The notes under the pieces: generated by a model
The model's input: only the letters and a program-made list of their open reading frames with translations
Told to the model about the DNA's origin: nothing
The model's database searches: none
Made by a program: the position numbers and the translations under genes
Assembly: GCA_963817915.1 (NCBI GenBank)
Contig: CAWFQL010000009.1
Coordinates: 32,001 to 96,000 of the forward strand
DNA length: 64,000 nt
Reading direction: 5' to 3'
DNA from: an uncultured candidate division Zixibacteria bacterium
Lineage (GTDB): Bacteria > Zixibacteria > MSB-5A5 > UBA10806
In this document: positions 30,607-40,368 of the stretch, piece after piece
Position numbering within the stretch: position 1 is the stretch's first letter
Layout of the letters: every line of letters starts with the position of its first letter

Positions 30607-31875
30607 ATGACAATAATCAAGAAAATCACAAACGCATTAATTTGCGGAATCGTAATTACAGGATTATTCGCCACGGCCGCCTTCGGCTCAGGCGAGTCGA
30701 ATCCACGGGCGATGGCAATGGGCGGGGCATATACAGCGCTCGCGAGAGATATCGAAGCTCCATACTGGAATCCCGCTAATCTGGGATTATCCGATGGCAA
30801 GGGCTTTACCATCAATTTTGTCAATGTCGGTCTCGATCTCAAGAATAACAGCTTTTCTCTTGCGGATTACAACAAATACAACGGGAAATTTCTGACAGAT
30901 AAAGACAAGAACGACATTCTGAATTCAATTCCATCGGACGGCCTTAACCTGAATTGCCTGGTGGAGGCGTCGGCACTGAATTTCTCTATAGGTAATTTTG
31001 CTGTTACATCGAGAGGATTCGGCGCGACATCATTTTCAATCGATAAAGACCCGTTCGAATTATTTTTCTACGGCAATGCCGTCAAGAACGATGTTTCGCT
31101 CGCTGATACCAAAGGGGAGGCCTATGGAATCGGCGACGCGGCGTTATCTTATGGGCAGGCAGTAAGAAGATGGCCGGGCGGCGAATTTACAGTTGGCGCG
31201 AGCTTCCATTATCTCCAAGGCTTAGCCTATGAAAAAGTGGTGGAAACCCAGGGGGGTATTTCCACTACCGATACCGGCTTTGTCGGTTCAGGATTGATGA
31301 GGCTTCATTCGGCATTAGGCGGTTCGGGGTATTCCGCTGATCTCGGTGTGGCCGTTCGTTTCAATGAAAACTGGTATTTCTCGGCCGGATGGCAAAACTT
31401 ATATAGCAAGATTAACTGGACAAACCAGCCCGAGGAAATGCTTTTCACATTCCAGATGGACCCGATTACTATCTCAGGTATGTCCGATAACAATGATTCA
31501 CTCGTAACCAATAGCGATACTACTTATGCAATCAACGGTTTTTCAACAACCCTGCCTGGATCGTTGAAATTCGGCTTGGCCCGTAAATATCGAAAAATTA
31601 CGTGGGCACTCGACTGGGATCAGAGTCTTTCAACCGGACAGGGCAGAAGCACCAACCCGAGAATATCTGGCGGACTTGAATATCGGCCAATCGGTTTATT
31701 CCCAATGAGAATAGGCATGGGCTTAGGCGGCAATCAGGGAGCGTCTTATTCGGCGGGCTTCGGATTGTATATGGGGCCATGTCATATGGATTTTGCCGTA
31801 GCCAATGCAGGTTCGCCGTCGCCAAGTCATACCAAGGGCGCGAAATTCGCATTTGGAATGGGACTCTACTTCTAA
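30607..31875 (+). CDS. Outer-membrane beta-barrel (DUF5723 / FadL-PorV-like)
   Basis: PRAMAMGGAYTALA, YWNPANLG, GYSADLG, GLEYRP...PMRIG and a terminal Phe. Confidence 0.75.
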   Translation: MTIIKKITNALICGIVITGLFATAAFGSGESNPRAMAMGGAYTALARDIEAPYWNPANLGLSDGKGFTINFVNVGLDLKNNSFSLADYNKYNGKFLTDKDKNDILNSIPSDGLNLNCLVEASALNFSIGNFAVTSRGFGATSFSIDKDPFELFFYGNAVKNDVSLADTKGEAYGIGDAALSYGQAVRRWPGGEFTVGASFHYLQGLAYEKVVETQGGISTTDTGFVGSGLMRLHSALGGSGYSADLGVAVRFNENWYFSAGWQNLYSKINWTNQPEEMLFTFQMDPITISGMSDNNDSLVTNSDTTYAINGFSTTLPGSLKFGLARKYRKITWALDWDQSLSTGQGRSTNPRISGGLEYRPIGLFPMRIGMGLGGNQGASYSAGFGLYMGPCHMDFAVANAGSPSPSHTKGAKFAFGMGLYF

Positions 31876-31888
31876 GGGAGGCAATCTA

Positions 31889-33595
31889 ATGAAACGGATG
31901 AGAATCTCAGCAATAATATTACTGGCCGTTTGCGTGGCAATCGTATTCGGGGCGGCAGTGAGTGCTATGCCGCCATATCCGGGCCTGGAAAATAAGATAG
32001 GCATGGGAAAGATAACTGTTCCATATTATCTTCAGCATCAAAGCGAACTAAGGCAAAAAGGATTGGATGCGCCCAGCGTCCGTCATGGAAATGGTTTGAA
32101 TACCGACGCCATGGGCAAAAGCTCGGTTTCAGGTATTTTCAAAATCCTGACATTGCTTGTTGATTTTTCTACCAAAACTTCATCTGTCAATTCCGCGGAA
32201 TTTGACACGTTAATCTATCTCAATGTCTCTGGGAGCGTGACAAACTACTATGATCAAGTATCATATAGCACATTGTCAATATCATCACCGGTAAATCCAT
32301 CGACACTGGGATGGTATAGAGCTCCTCAAACTTACGCGTATTATGTCAACGCTCAAAATGGCACCGGCGCGTATCCGCAAAATTCGCAGAAGCTCGTCGA
32401 AGACCTTGTAGATTTGGTAGATCCATACGTTGATTTTTCACAGTTCGATAATGATAATGATGGTTATGTCGATGGATTGATTATTGTACATGCCGGCCCC
32501 GGAGCGGAATTTACCGGCAATGTCAACGATATCTGGTCGCATAAATGGTCTATCAATCCTCGACTCAAAGACGGCGTATATGTATTTGACTATTCGATAA
32601 ATCCGGAGTACTGGTCGGCCCCGGGCGATATTACTCTTGGCGTCTATTGCCACGAGCTGGGCCATATACTGGGATTGCCGGATCTCTATGATACTGACTA
32701 TTCATCCGAAGGGGTGGGCTCCTGGAGCCTAATGGCAGGAGGCAGCTGGAATGGCCCCTTAGGCGGTTCTCCAGCGCATCTCGATGCCTGGTCCAAAATA
32801 TTTTTGGGATTCGTCACCCCGACGACTCTGGCACATGATCAATTAAATGTCAGTTTTCCTCAAGTAGAAACAAGCCAGACGATCTATAAGCTTTGGACAA
32901 ACGGAACCCCGGTCAGCGAATATTTTTTAGTTGAAAATCGGCAGAAAATTGGTTATGATTCATATCTGACGAGCGGGGGTATGCTGATATGGCATATCGA
33001 TGATACTCGTCCGGGCAACACTAATGAGTGGTGGCCCGGTTCCGGACTTCCAGGACATTATAAGGTAGCGTTAGTTCAAGCGGATAATACTTGGGCGCTG
33101 GAACACAATATAAATAATGGCGATGGAGGGGATCCATTTCCGGGCACTTCGAATAATCGGGCATTTTCTTATATTACATCGCCCAATTCGAATTCCTACG
33201 CGGGAACCGAAACCTCTGTATCAGTGGTTAGTATAAGTAATTCGGGAGCCGGCATGACAGCTGATTTAGCTGTTGGTTCTCCGCAGGGAGTTCTGGCTGA
33301 CAATAGTACTATACCGGACAAAGTCAGACTTCTCGGGAATCTGCCTAACCCATTCAACCCCGAGACACAGATCAGGTTCGAGGTAGTAAAGGAAACTCCA
33401 GTTTTATTGGAAGTCTATGGAATAACAGGTCAGAAGATCACGACACTTGCTAACGGCACAATGAAGCCAGGCATGTATTCGATCGGATGGCGCGGGAAAA
33501 ATTACGAGAATAAAGAAGTAGGATCAGGAGTTTACTTCTACAAAATGACTCTTGATGACAAAATATTAAACGGTAAAATGACGAAGTTAAAATGA
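31889..33595 (+). CDS. M6-family (immune inhibitor A-like) metalloprotease with a T9SS/FlgD-type C-terminal domain
   Basis: FDNDNDGYVD, IVHAGPG, IWSHKW, CHELGHILGLPDLYD, WSLMAGGSW, YFLVENRQ and PNPFNPET...GSGVYFY. Confidence 0.92.
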   Translation: MKRMRISAIILLAVCVAIVFGAAVSAMPPYPGLENKIGMGKITVPYYLQHQSELRQKGLDAPSVRHGNGLNTDAMGKSSVSGIFKILTLLVDFSTKTSSVNSAEFDTLIYLNVSGSVTNYYDQVSYSTLSISSPVNPSTLGWYRAPQTYAYYVNAQNGTGAYPQNSQKLVEDLVDLVDPYVDFSQFDNDNDGYVDGLIIVHAGPGAEFTGNVNDIWSHKWSINPRLKDGVYVFDYSINPEYWSAPGDITLGVYCHELGHILGLPDLYDTDYSSEGVGSWSLMAGGSWNGPLGGSPAHLDAWSKIFLGFVTPTTLAHDQLNVSFPQVETSQTIYKLWTNGTPVSEYFLVENRQKIGYDSYLTSGGMLIWHIDDTRPGNTNEWWPGSGLPGHYKVALVQADNTWALEHNINNGDGGDPFPGTSNNRAFSYITSPNSNSYAGTETSVSVVSISNSGAGMTADLAVGSPQGVLADNSTIPDKVRLLGNLPNPFNPETQIRFEVVKETPVLLEVYGITGQKITTLANGTMKPGMYSIGWRGKNYENKEVGSGVYFYKMTLDDKILNGKMTKLK

Positions 33596-33621
33596 GTTAT
33601 CGCAGTGAATTAAAGGAGGCG

Positions 33622-33822
33622 GTGAAATTGGCTGACCAGGTGCAGATTGACAAAAAAGGTGAAAAAAATGGTGAATCCTTACAGAAAATGCAGCCCAAGC
33701 CGGAAGAAAAAGCCGGGGAAATTGACCAGCACAGGCTGGAACGAATGAAAAAGGCATTCAAACCTACATGGCTCTATGATCAAATCGAGGGAAACGGTAA
33801 AGAGCAAAATGGCAAGAAATAA
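33622..33822 (+). CDS. Small charged hypothetical protein
   Basis: Strong AAGGAGG RBS before GTG/TTG; lies at the end of the operon. The alternative start 33592 overlaps the M6 stop. Confidence 0.5.
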   Translation: MKLADQVQIDKKGEKNGESLQKMQPKPEEKAGEIDQHRLERMKKAFKPTWLYDQIEGNGKEQNGKK

Positions 33823-34091
33823 TAAAATAAGACTTGACATTTCAAGTGGATACCTTAATCATTTATCAGTGGTATTAGTGTTGATCTTTTTTTTGACGTG
33901 GTGTTGACCGGGAATTGGAAGTTGATATTGCCGGTTTTTATTTTTATGAAGTATCGAGCTATTTATCTGAGCAGCTATTAAACGGGATGATAGTATAAGC
34001 GAAGTCAAAGAATTACAATAAATTGCGGTTTTATTTGCTCTAATGTCTTCTATCCCCCTCCGGAAGATACGTGAGTATAAAGCCGCTCGAC

Positions 34092-34119
34092 AGGCCCCCA
34101 TAAGTGGGGCCTTTATTTT
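34092..34119. terminator. Intrinsic terminator between convergent operons
   Basis: AGGCCCC-cataagt-GGGGCCT hairpin followed by TTATTTT. Confidence 0.65.
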
Positions 34120-34131
34120 GCCCGCATTATA

Positions 34132-35368
34132 TTATTTTATTACGAATTTTACTGGGTATATAATCCAGATAGGAAATCGTTTGCCGCCGTATTCAGCCGG
34201 AGTAAATTTGCTTTCTTTAGCGGCCTTAACGGCGGATTCTTCGAATCCTTTGCCGGGATTGCTGCTACCGAGCACGACCACATCCGTGATATTGCCATTT
34301 ATATCAAGCAACGCCTTGATCCAGACTTCACCGGAAATGCCATTTTTTTGCGACCAGGTTGGGTATTCCGGCATTGCCATCTTGATGGCGCGCGGCATAT
34401 TTTCCAATGCTATAACTTCATGTGTCTGGCCCTTTATAGTCTCAAAGCCCGCGGTGTCCGATATAATCTCTGAAATTGATGCTGCAGAAATCGGAAATAT
34501 ATTCTCTGGAAGCTTTTCATTGCTCAAATATATTTCGCCGATTAATGTCGATTCAGGCGCGGGGGAGGCGACCGGTTTTGACAACAGTGAATATTGCTGG
34601 TTTTGAGTTTGAATTGGGATACTGCGTACCGGTCCTGACATCAAGATTGATTCCTTGCCAGATATCGTCTTTCGCTCAGCAGTAATTGGCAGGCTCGGCT
34701 CCTTTTTATACCTTGAAACAGTGTCGGTCATCGCGAAATCCTGTTCTAAATTGCTTTTGCCAGGTCTGATTCGAGTACCAAGCGACTCTATGCTTTTTTC
34801 AACGTCAGCCGGTTCATTTGCCGGAATTGGAGTTAGAGTAGCTGGTTTTGGCGCGACCGCCAATGCTTTATCTGCATTTTCGACAGGCATTTCCGGTTCC
34901 GCTTTTTTCTCGGGAGCGATTGATTTATCCTGATTCTTTCTTATCGGTAAAATTGAAATTCATGATTTTATATTCTTTTTCTTCTGAAGCGGTTGTATCC
35001 GGCTTGAACATTGGAATATTGATATCCTGCATGGATCGAACCAAAAACATTACTATGACTATCGCCATTCCGAACGAAAGCGCCATTCTGAAATGATAAT
35101 TTACCTTGGGCGCTATCCTGACAGATATAGTCTGTTTCTGAGATTTGATTTTATCAAAAACAGCATTGTCGAATTTATTGATGTCGATTTTCGCGATTCT
35201 TTTCTCATCAAATTCCGAGAGCCCTCCCAATGCTTTGATCGTCTGCAGGCCCTGAGAGCACTGCGGGCATTGGGCAAGATGCGAATCAATCAGTATTCTA
35301 TTTTCCGCTGAAATACTGCCGTCAGCAAAATCCCAGAGGAGCTTTTCTATTTTATTACAGTCCTTCAA
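34132..35368 (-). CDS. Zinc-finger anti-sigma factor (ZAS) + TM helix + TonB C-terminal domain fusion (one +1 frameshift at ~34938)
   Basis: HLAQCPQC motif and a TM helix. Removing one base gives ...DKKNQDKSIAPEKKAEPEMPVE..., continuing into PEYP...GISGEVWIKALLDINGNI...FEESAVKAA...FTPAEYGGK...YPVKF. Confidence 0.75.
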
Positions 35369-35370
35369 AA

Positions 35371-35943
35371 TTATTTCGCCTTTTTCAGAATTTCGGTAAG
35401 TTTCTTTCTGGCCCTGAATAATCTCGACATCACCGTTCCCATTCTAACACCCAACAACTTCGCGATTTCATCATATGAATAATCACCATAAGCCTTCAAG
35501 ACAATTATTTCTTTTAATTTCTCCGGAAGAGATTCAAGCGCCTGTTCAACCGATTTTAATTCCACTGCACCAGATTCAGATTGAGCATCGATATTCATTT
35601 CGTAGGCGCCGTCGCGCTCGTCGATTTCGCGAAAATATTTTTTGTCTCGAACCCGTTTCCGCAGCCTATCCCTGCAAGTATTCATGGCAATAGCGCCGGC
35701 CCAGACCACGAAACTTCTTTCGGGATCGAAGCCCTTTATGTTGAAATAAATTTTCACCCAACTATCCTGCGCGGCTTCCTCGGCTTCCGTGATATCTTTC
35801 AACATTCTTAAGCAGATCGCGATAATTTTACTTCGATATTTATCCAGAAGCTGTCTGAATGCCGCTTCATCGCCATCGGCTGCCAGAATCGCTAACTGGG
35901 CGTCATCTCTCTCGGCCTGTTCGTTTCTGGCTCTATCCGGCAA
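35371..35943 (-). CDS. ECF sigma-70 factor
   Basis: GDEAAFRQLL, AEEAAQD, NTCRDRLRK, LESLPEK and YSYDEIAKLLGVRMGTVMSRLFRARKKL. Confidence 0.93.
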   Translation of the reverse strand: MPDRARNEQAERDDAQLAILAADGDEAAFRQLLDKYRSKIIAICLRMLKDITEAEEAAQDSWVKIYFNIKGFDPERSFVVWAGAIAMNTCRDRLRKRVRDKKYFREIDERDGAYEMNIDAQSESGAVELKSVEQALESLPEKLKEIIVLKAYGDYSYDEIAKLLGVRMGTVMSRLFRARKKLTEILKKAK

Positions 35944-35961
35944 TCCCTATTCCTATCTAAT

Positions 35962-35988
35962 AATACGTTTGCAAGGTATTGTTATTCC
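35962..35988 (-). promoter_or_regulatory. Putative autoregulatory ECF promoter
   Basis: Minus strand GGAATA-N15-CGTATT directly upstream of the ECF gene; matches the GGAA.../CGT pattern of ECF promoters. Confidence 0.55.
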
Positions 35989-36138
35989 GAAAAAAACAGT
36001 ATTTTCCATAAATTCAAAATTCCGGTAACCACAAATACCGCACGAATTTTGGGACAAAAATAGACAAATTGCAATATTAAACTTGCGGCTTATTTATCGT
36101 CTATGAGCCTATATCGATGATAAAACAAATGTAATTGG

Positions 36139-39100
36139 CTATTTGCTAACAACGTGCCGGGCTCTGACACTCTCAACGAATGCGCCCAGCTTGATTGTCT
36201 CATTATCGCCGCTGAATCCCTCATAGGCGATATTTAACCAGGGGTAACCGTCATTATCCCTGACTATTTTTTCCGAGATAGCATTGATGATATTTCCGGG
36301 CATGCAAGTAAACGGCAGCGTATTGATAATTCCGGAGCATCCGCTATGAATCATATCGATGGCTTTGCCAATTGCAGGCATAGCCTCGCCGCCGACGCTA
36401 ATTGGCAAATATGGCTCGACATATTTGAGTACTTCGCCAATTGGAGTATCGGTATGGCCATTGAGATCCGATTTAATAAGTCGAATAATTCGATTTTCAT
36501 CCCGTTTCTGGAAATACCCCTTTAATGAAGCATTCAAGTAATTCTTGGCGGATTTGTTTCGCACGGAATCTCGTCTGAACATTTCAGTAGTAAAATAAAT
36601 CCATTCTGAAAATCCGGCCAGGTCGGCCTCGACGCCAAGTGATTCCAATTTTTCGATCAGATAATTATTCGAATAGGGATTATTGCGTATATATATTTCG
36701 CCGATTATGCCGATTACAGGTTTTTTATTGATTGAAGGATCGATGATATTTCTATTCTGTTTAAATGCCTCCGCGATAATCTCCGGGATTTTATGTCCGC
36801 CTCTTTCGATATCTTCTATCGCCAATTTTACGAAATGTCCATAAACTGCTTCAGCTGATCCTTTTTCTTTTTCATAGGGACGGGTTTTGAGCAGGAATTT
36901 TCGCAAATAATCCATAGTCAAAAATCCGCGCCAGGCGAGGCTGCGAAAATTCTTGGCCGTCTCAGGGAATTCGCCGTAGGAATCTTCGGATGTCGGAGAA
37001 TAGACCGGTACATCACCATAGCCGAGATTTTCCAATATCTGCTTATGCAGATGGTGGTACTGACCGAATCGGCAAGGTCCTCCGGCTGTTGGCATAAAGA
37101 ATGCCATCTTGTTAGGATCGGTACCCGGTTTTTCGAGCTCACGCAGTAAATCACCGGTGGTTAGGACCGCCGGATAGCATTCTCTACCGCCGGTATGCTG
37201 CCTGCCCAACTCCAGCGATCGATTATCTGTTTCGGGCAAGACCGACGCGTCCTGGCCGCCATTCCTGAATGCCGCCGCGAAAAGTTCCGCGTGGTCGGAC
37301 ATTCTCGGAATCAAGAGCTTTCTCTTGTAGCCATTGGAATGCTTTATCGAGATGGTCGAATAGTACTTCTTATCGTGGCGGGGGAGACTATCGAGGAACG
37401 CCTCACACCTCGTGATTAGCCCGGCGTCCGCGGAATGCTCATCGAGCTCTAAAATCAGATGAGGCTTATCGCCCATAATTTTCTTGAAATGATGAATCAG
37501 GAATGAATCCGGTCCGCACCCGAAATTGCTGATATAAACAGGGAATAATCCCGGAGTATCCTTAGCCAATTTGGCTGCTTTAAGAATTCTTCGTCCGCTC
37601 TGCCAGTAAATGAATTTGAATTCGTCATCGGGCAGTTGCATCATGTCCATCGAAATAACTGTGACTCCGAGGTCGGTCAGCTTGCTTGCAAGGTCAAGTG
37701 AGACGCCGGGGTCGATACTGTTATAGGGCCTGCCGATCAATAACAGCCCCGGATTTTCGGGAGATATATTCTTATGATATTCGCTGCCGATATCGATTAA
37801 TTCCTTTTTAAAATCATTAAATTCCTTGAGGGATTCAATATAAGCTGTTTCTATTTCTCTGGCGCCGAATCCCAGTTCCCTTAATTCGGATTGAAGCGTC
37901 TTGACTACAGCTTCGGTACCTTCGCCAAATCGGATAATCGGCGAGACAATTCGAATATTGTTCATACGGTCCGAAAGGGATGACTTTATTATATAGGGGA
38001 AAGCTTGGATATATGGACAGAAATAATTGCGGCTGCCCTCGGGAGCTTTATCTATTCCACTTACTATAGAAGGCAGGAAGATAAAATCCAGTTTCCGTTT
38101 AGAAAGATCGATAATATGACCATGCGCGACCTTAACCGGGAAACAAGTCTCCGATCCAACTGATTCGACTCCCGCCTTAATTAATTCACCGGAGCTATTT
38201 CTTGACAAGACCACATTGCAACCAAGCTTATTGAAAAGCCGTCTCCAGAGGTAGAGGAATTCCCAGTTTGATAACGCTCTCGGAATTCCGACTGTCACTC
38301 CGCGCGATTTTGCGGGTCTCGGAGGCGATGCCAGGAATCGTTTGTTTCTGATACTAACCGGATTTGGCGCAACATCTTTGACACCGCGTTCGGCGTCGTA
38401 TTTCTCGCATCGTGAGCCATAATATAATTCACGGTCATTATCGTTTATCTTGGTGATATTGCAATGATTGGCGCAATCGGTGCAAAGGAAAGTCTCTTGC
38501 AGGATTTTTCTCTGGGCTAGGTCAAAACCTCTGAATCTCGTATTTTTTATTTCAGCCGATTTTGCCAACAATGCCGCGCCGATGGCTCCGGTGATATCAT
38601 GATGCGGCGGCACAGCTATCTCTTTGCCGGTAATATTTTCGAATGCCGCAACGACCGCCTTATTCCAAGCTACACCACCCTGGAAAAGTATCTTATTGCC
38701 AATTTTTTTTCGTCCGACGACTTTATTGATATAGTTGTGAACTATGGCGAATGATAATCCCGCAGTGATTTCTTCTCTCGACGCGCCGCCCTGCTCGAAT
38801 CGCATCATATCGGATTCCATGAATACAGTACACCGTTCTCCGGCAGAGACCGGCATTTCAGCCTTGAACGCCATATCGGCAAAATCATTTTTGATGTTGA
38901 TGCCAAGCCGTTCCGCTTGCTCTTCAAGAAATGATCCGGTACCCGCGGCGCAGGCGCGATTCATTTCGAAATCGACGACAACACCGTTTTCCATACTGAT
39001 ATATTTCGAATCCTGTCCGCCTATTTCGAAAATTGTATCGACATCCGGCACGAAATGCGAACCGCCTTTAGCCTGAGCGGTGATTTCATTTCGAATTATA

Positions 39101-40272
39101 TCGGCTCCTACAAGCTCACCGATCATATATCGTCCCGAACCTGTCGTGGCCACTCCGAGGACTTTGAAATCGGGAGAGATTTCGTCCTTGATTTCCTGTA
39201 AGCCTCTCTGTACCGCTTCAATCGGACGGCCTGCAGTCATTAGATAACGGCGCGATATTACTTCGCATTCTTCGCTGATCAAAACAACATTAGTTGAAAG
39301 AGATCCGATATCTATTCCCAAATAACCGGATTTAATCTCTGGTCGAGGTTTTTGTTCTCTTATGGTTTTTTCATATGTCTTGCTTGATGGGAAATCGAAA
39401 GATAGGGCCGCATGTCTTGGGATGGTAGTAAAAAGCGATGACTTGGAAACCATGGCGATATTGTCAAAGCGGTTCTTTTCAAATTGATATTCTCTGGCAA
39501 GCATGGCGGAACCGATAGCCCCGGAAAGCCTATGCCACTCAGGAATAATCAAGTTTTCATCCGCTAATTCAAAAATACTTCTTAATGCTTTCACCATTCC
39601 CGGATTTGAGGCTACGCCTCCGAGAAAGACGATCGGAGCATCGATCTTTTTAGATTTAACGATTGTTCCCTTATAATTGCGCGCGACAGCGAAACATAAT
39701 CCGGCGATAATATCGCTTACAGGCACGCCTTTCTGCTGATGATGAATCATGTCGGATTTCGCGAAGACAGAGCATCTTCCCGCGATATGTGGGGGATTAT
39801 TGCATTTGACAGCCATTTCGCCGAATTCATTTTCAATATTCACGCCCAGCCGCGTTGCCTGCTGATCGAGAAATGATCCGGTACCGGCGGCGCATAGACC
39901 GCTGATAGCGAAATCATCGAGGCTGGCGCTACCGTTATCGTGGCGAGAAAGATGAATATACTTGGCCTGCTGACCGCCCATTTCGAAAATAGTCTTTGTA
40001 TTTGGCAAGAGTCTCGACACTGTTTCGCTGATTGCAGGAAATTCATTTACATAATAGATATCGAGCGCCCGGGCCAATTGCATGGCGCCGCTGCCGGTTA
40101 GCGCCCAATAATTTGGAATCCCGTATTTTTCGATGACATTACTAATTTGATCCAAGGCGCAATCGATCGGATTGCCTTTATGCCGTTGAGATACAGAGTA
40201 TATAATCTTAGAGCTATTGTCCAATAACGCTAAATTGCTTGAAACCGAGCCTATATCTATTCCAAGTCGCAA
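36139..40272 (-). CDS. Acyl-CoA dehydratase activase-like protein (2x BadF/BcrA ATPase + DUF2229-type domains)
   Basis: LGIDIGS twice, CAAGTGSFL twice, CSVFAKSD/CTVFMESD, CFPVKVAHGH, NFGCGPDSF, GPCRFGQY and PFTCMPG. Start taken at TTG 40272 after GGAAGG. Confidence 0.9.
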   Translation of the reverse strand: MRLGIDIGSVSSNLALLDNSSKIIYSVSQRHKGNPIDCALDQISNVIEKYGIPNYWALTGSGAMQLARALDIYYVNEFPAISETVSRLLPNTKTIFEMGGQQAKYIHLSRHDNGSASLDDFAISGLCAAGTGSFLDQQATRLGVNIENEFGEMAVKCNNPPHIAGRCSVFAKSDMIHHQQKGVPVSDIIAGLCFAVARNYKGTIVKSKKIDAPIVFLGGVASNPGMVKALRSIFELADENLIIPEWHRLSGAIGSAMLAREYQFEKNRFDNIAMVSKSSLFTTIPRHAALSFDFPSSKTYEKTIREQKPRPEIKSGYLGIDIGSLSTNVVLISEECEVISRRYLMTAGRPIEAVQRGLQEIKDEISPDFKVLGVATTGSGRYMIGELVGADIIRNEITAQAKGGSHFVPDVDTIFEIGGQDSKYISMENGVVVDFEMNRACAAGTGSFLEEQAERLGINIKNDFADMAFKAEMPVSAGERCTVFMESDMMRFEQGGASREEITAGLSFAIVHNYINKVVGRKKIGNKILFQGGVAWNKAVVAAFENITGKEIAVPPHHDITGAIGAALLAKSAEIKNTRFRGFDLAQRKILQETFLCTDCANHCNITKINDNDRELYYGSRCEKYDAERGVKDVAPNPVSIRNKRFLASPPRPAKSRGVTVGIPRALSNWEFLYLWRRLFNKLGCNVVLSRNSSGELIKAGVESVGSETCFPVKVAHGHIIDLSKRKLDFIFLPSIVSGIDKAPEGSRNYFCPYIQAFPYIIKSSLSDRMNNIRIVSPIIRFGEGTEAVVKTLQSELRELGFGAREIETAYIESLKEFNDFKKELIDIGSEYHKNISPENPGLLLIGRPYNSIDPGVSLDLASKLTDLGVTVISMDMMQLPDDEFKFIYWQSGRRILKAAKLAKDTPGLFPVYISNFGCGPDSFLIHHFKKIMGDKPHLILELDEHSADAGLITRCEAFLDSLPRHDKKYYSTISIKHSNGYKRKLLIPRMSDHAELFAAAFRNGGQDASVLPETDNRSLELGRQHTGGRECYPAVLTTGDLLRELEKPGTDPNKMAFFMPTAGGPCRFGQYHHLHKQILENLGYGDVPVYSPTSEDSYGEFPETAKNFRSLAWRGFLTMDYLRKFLLKTRPYEKEKGSAEAVYGHFVKLAIEDIERGGHKIPEIIAEAFKQNRNIIDPSINKKPVIGIIGEIYIRNNPYSNNYLIEKLESLGVEADLAGFSEWIYFTTEMFRRDSVRNKSAKNYLNASLKGYFQKRDENRIIRLIKSDLNGHTDTPIGEVLKYVEPYLPISVGGEAMPAIGKAIDMIHSGCSGIINTLPFTCMPGNIINAISEKIVRDNDGYPWLNIAYEGFSGDNETIKLGAFVESVRARHVVSK

Positions 40273-40368
40273 ATGCTTTTCCTTCCGGTTACTGTTGCAA
40301 TAAACGGTGTTTATTTCAATCTCGATAAATAGGCCACTAATTAAGCCTATCAAATTCCAATCAGAATA

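Noticed and set aside
33823..34131. Possible sRNA or 80-aa ORF (33859-34101) between convergent operons
   Set aside because: The TTGACA has no well-spaced -10, there is no recognisable RNA fold beyond the terminator, and the ORF has no RBS or family features.
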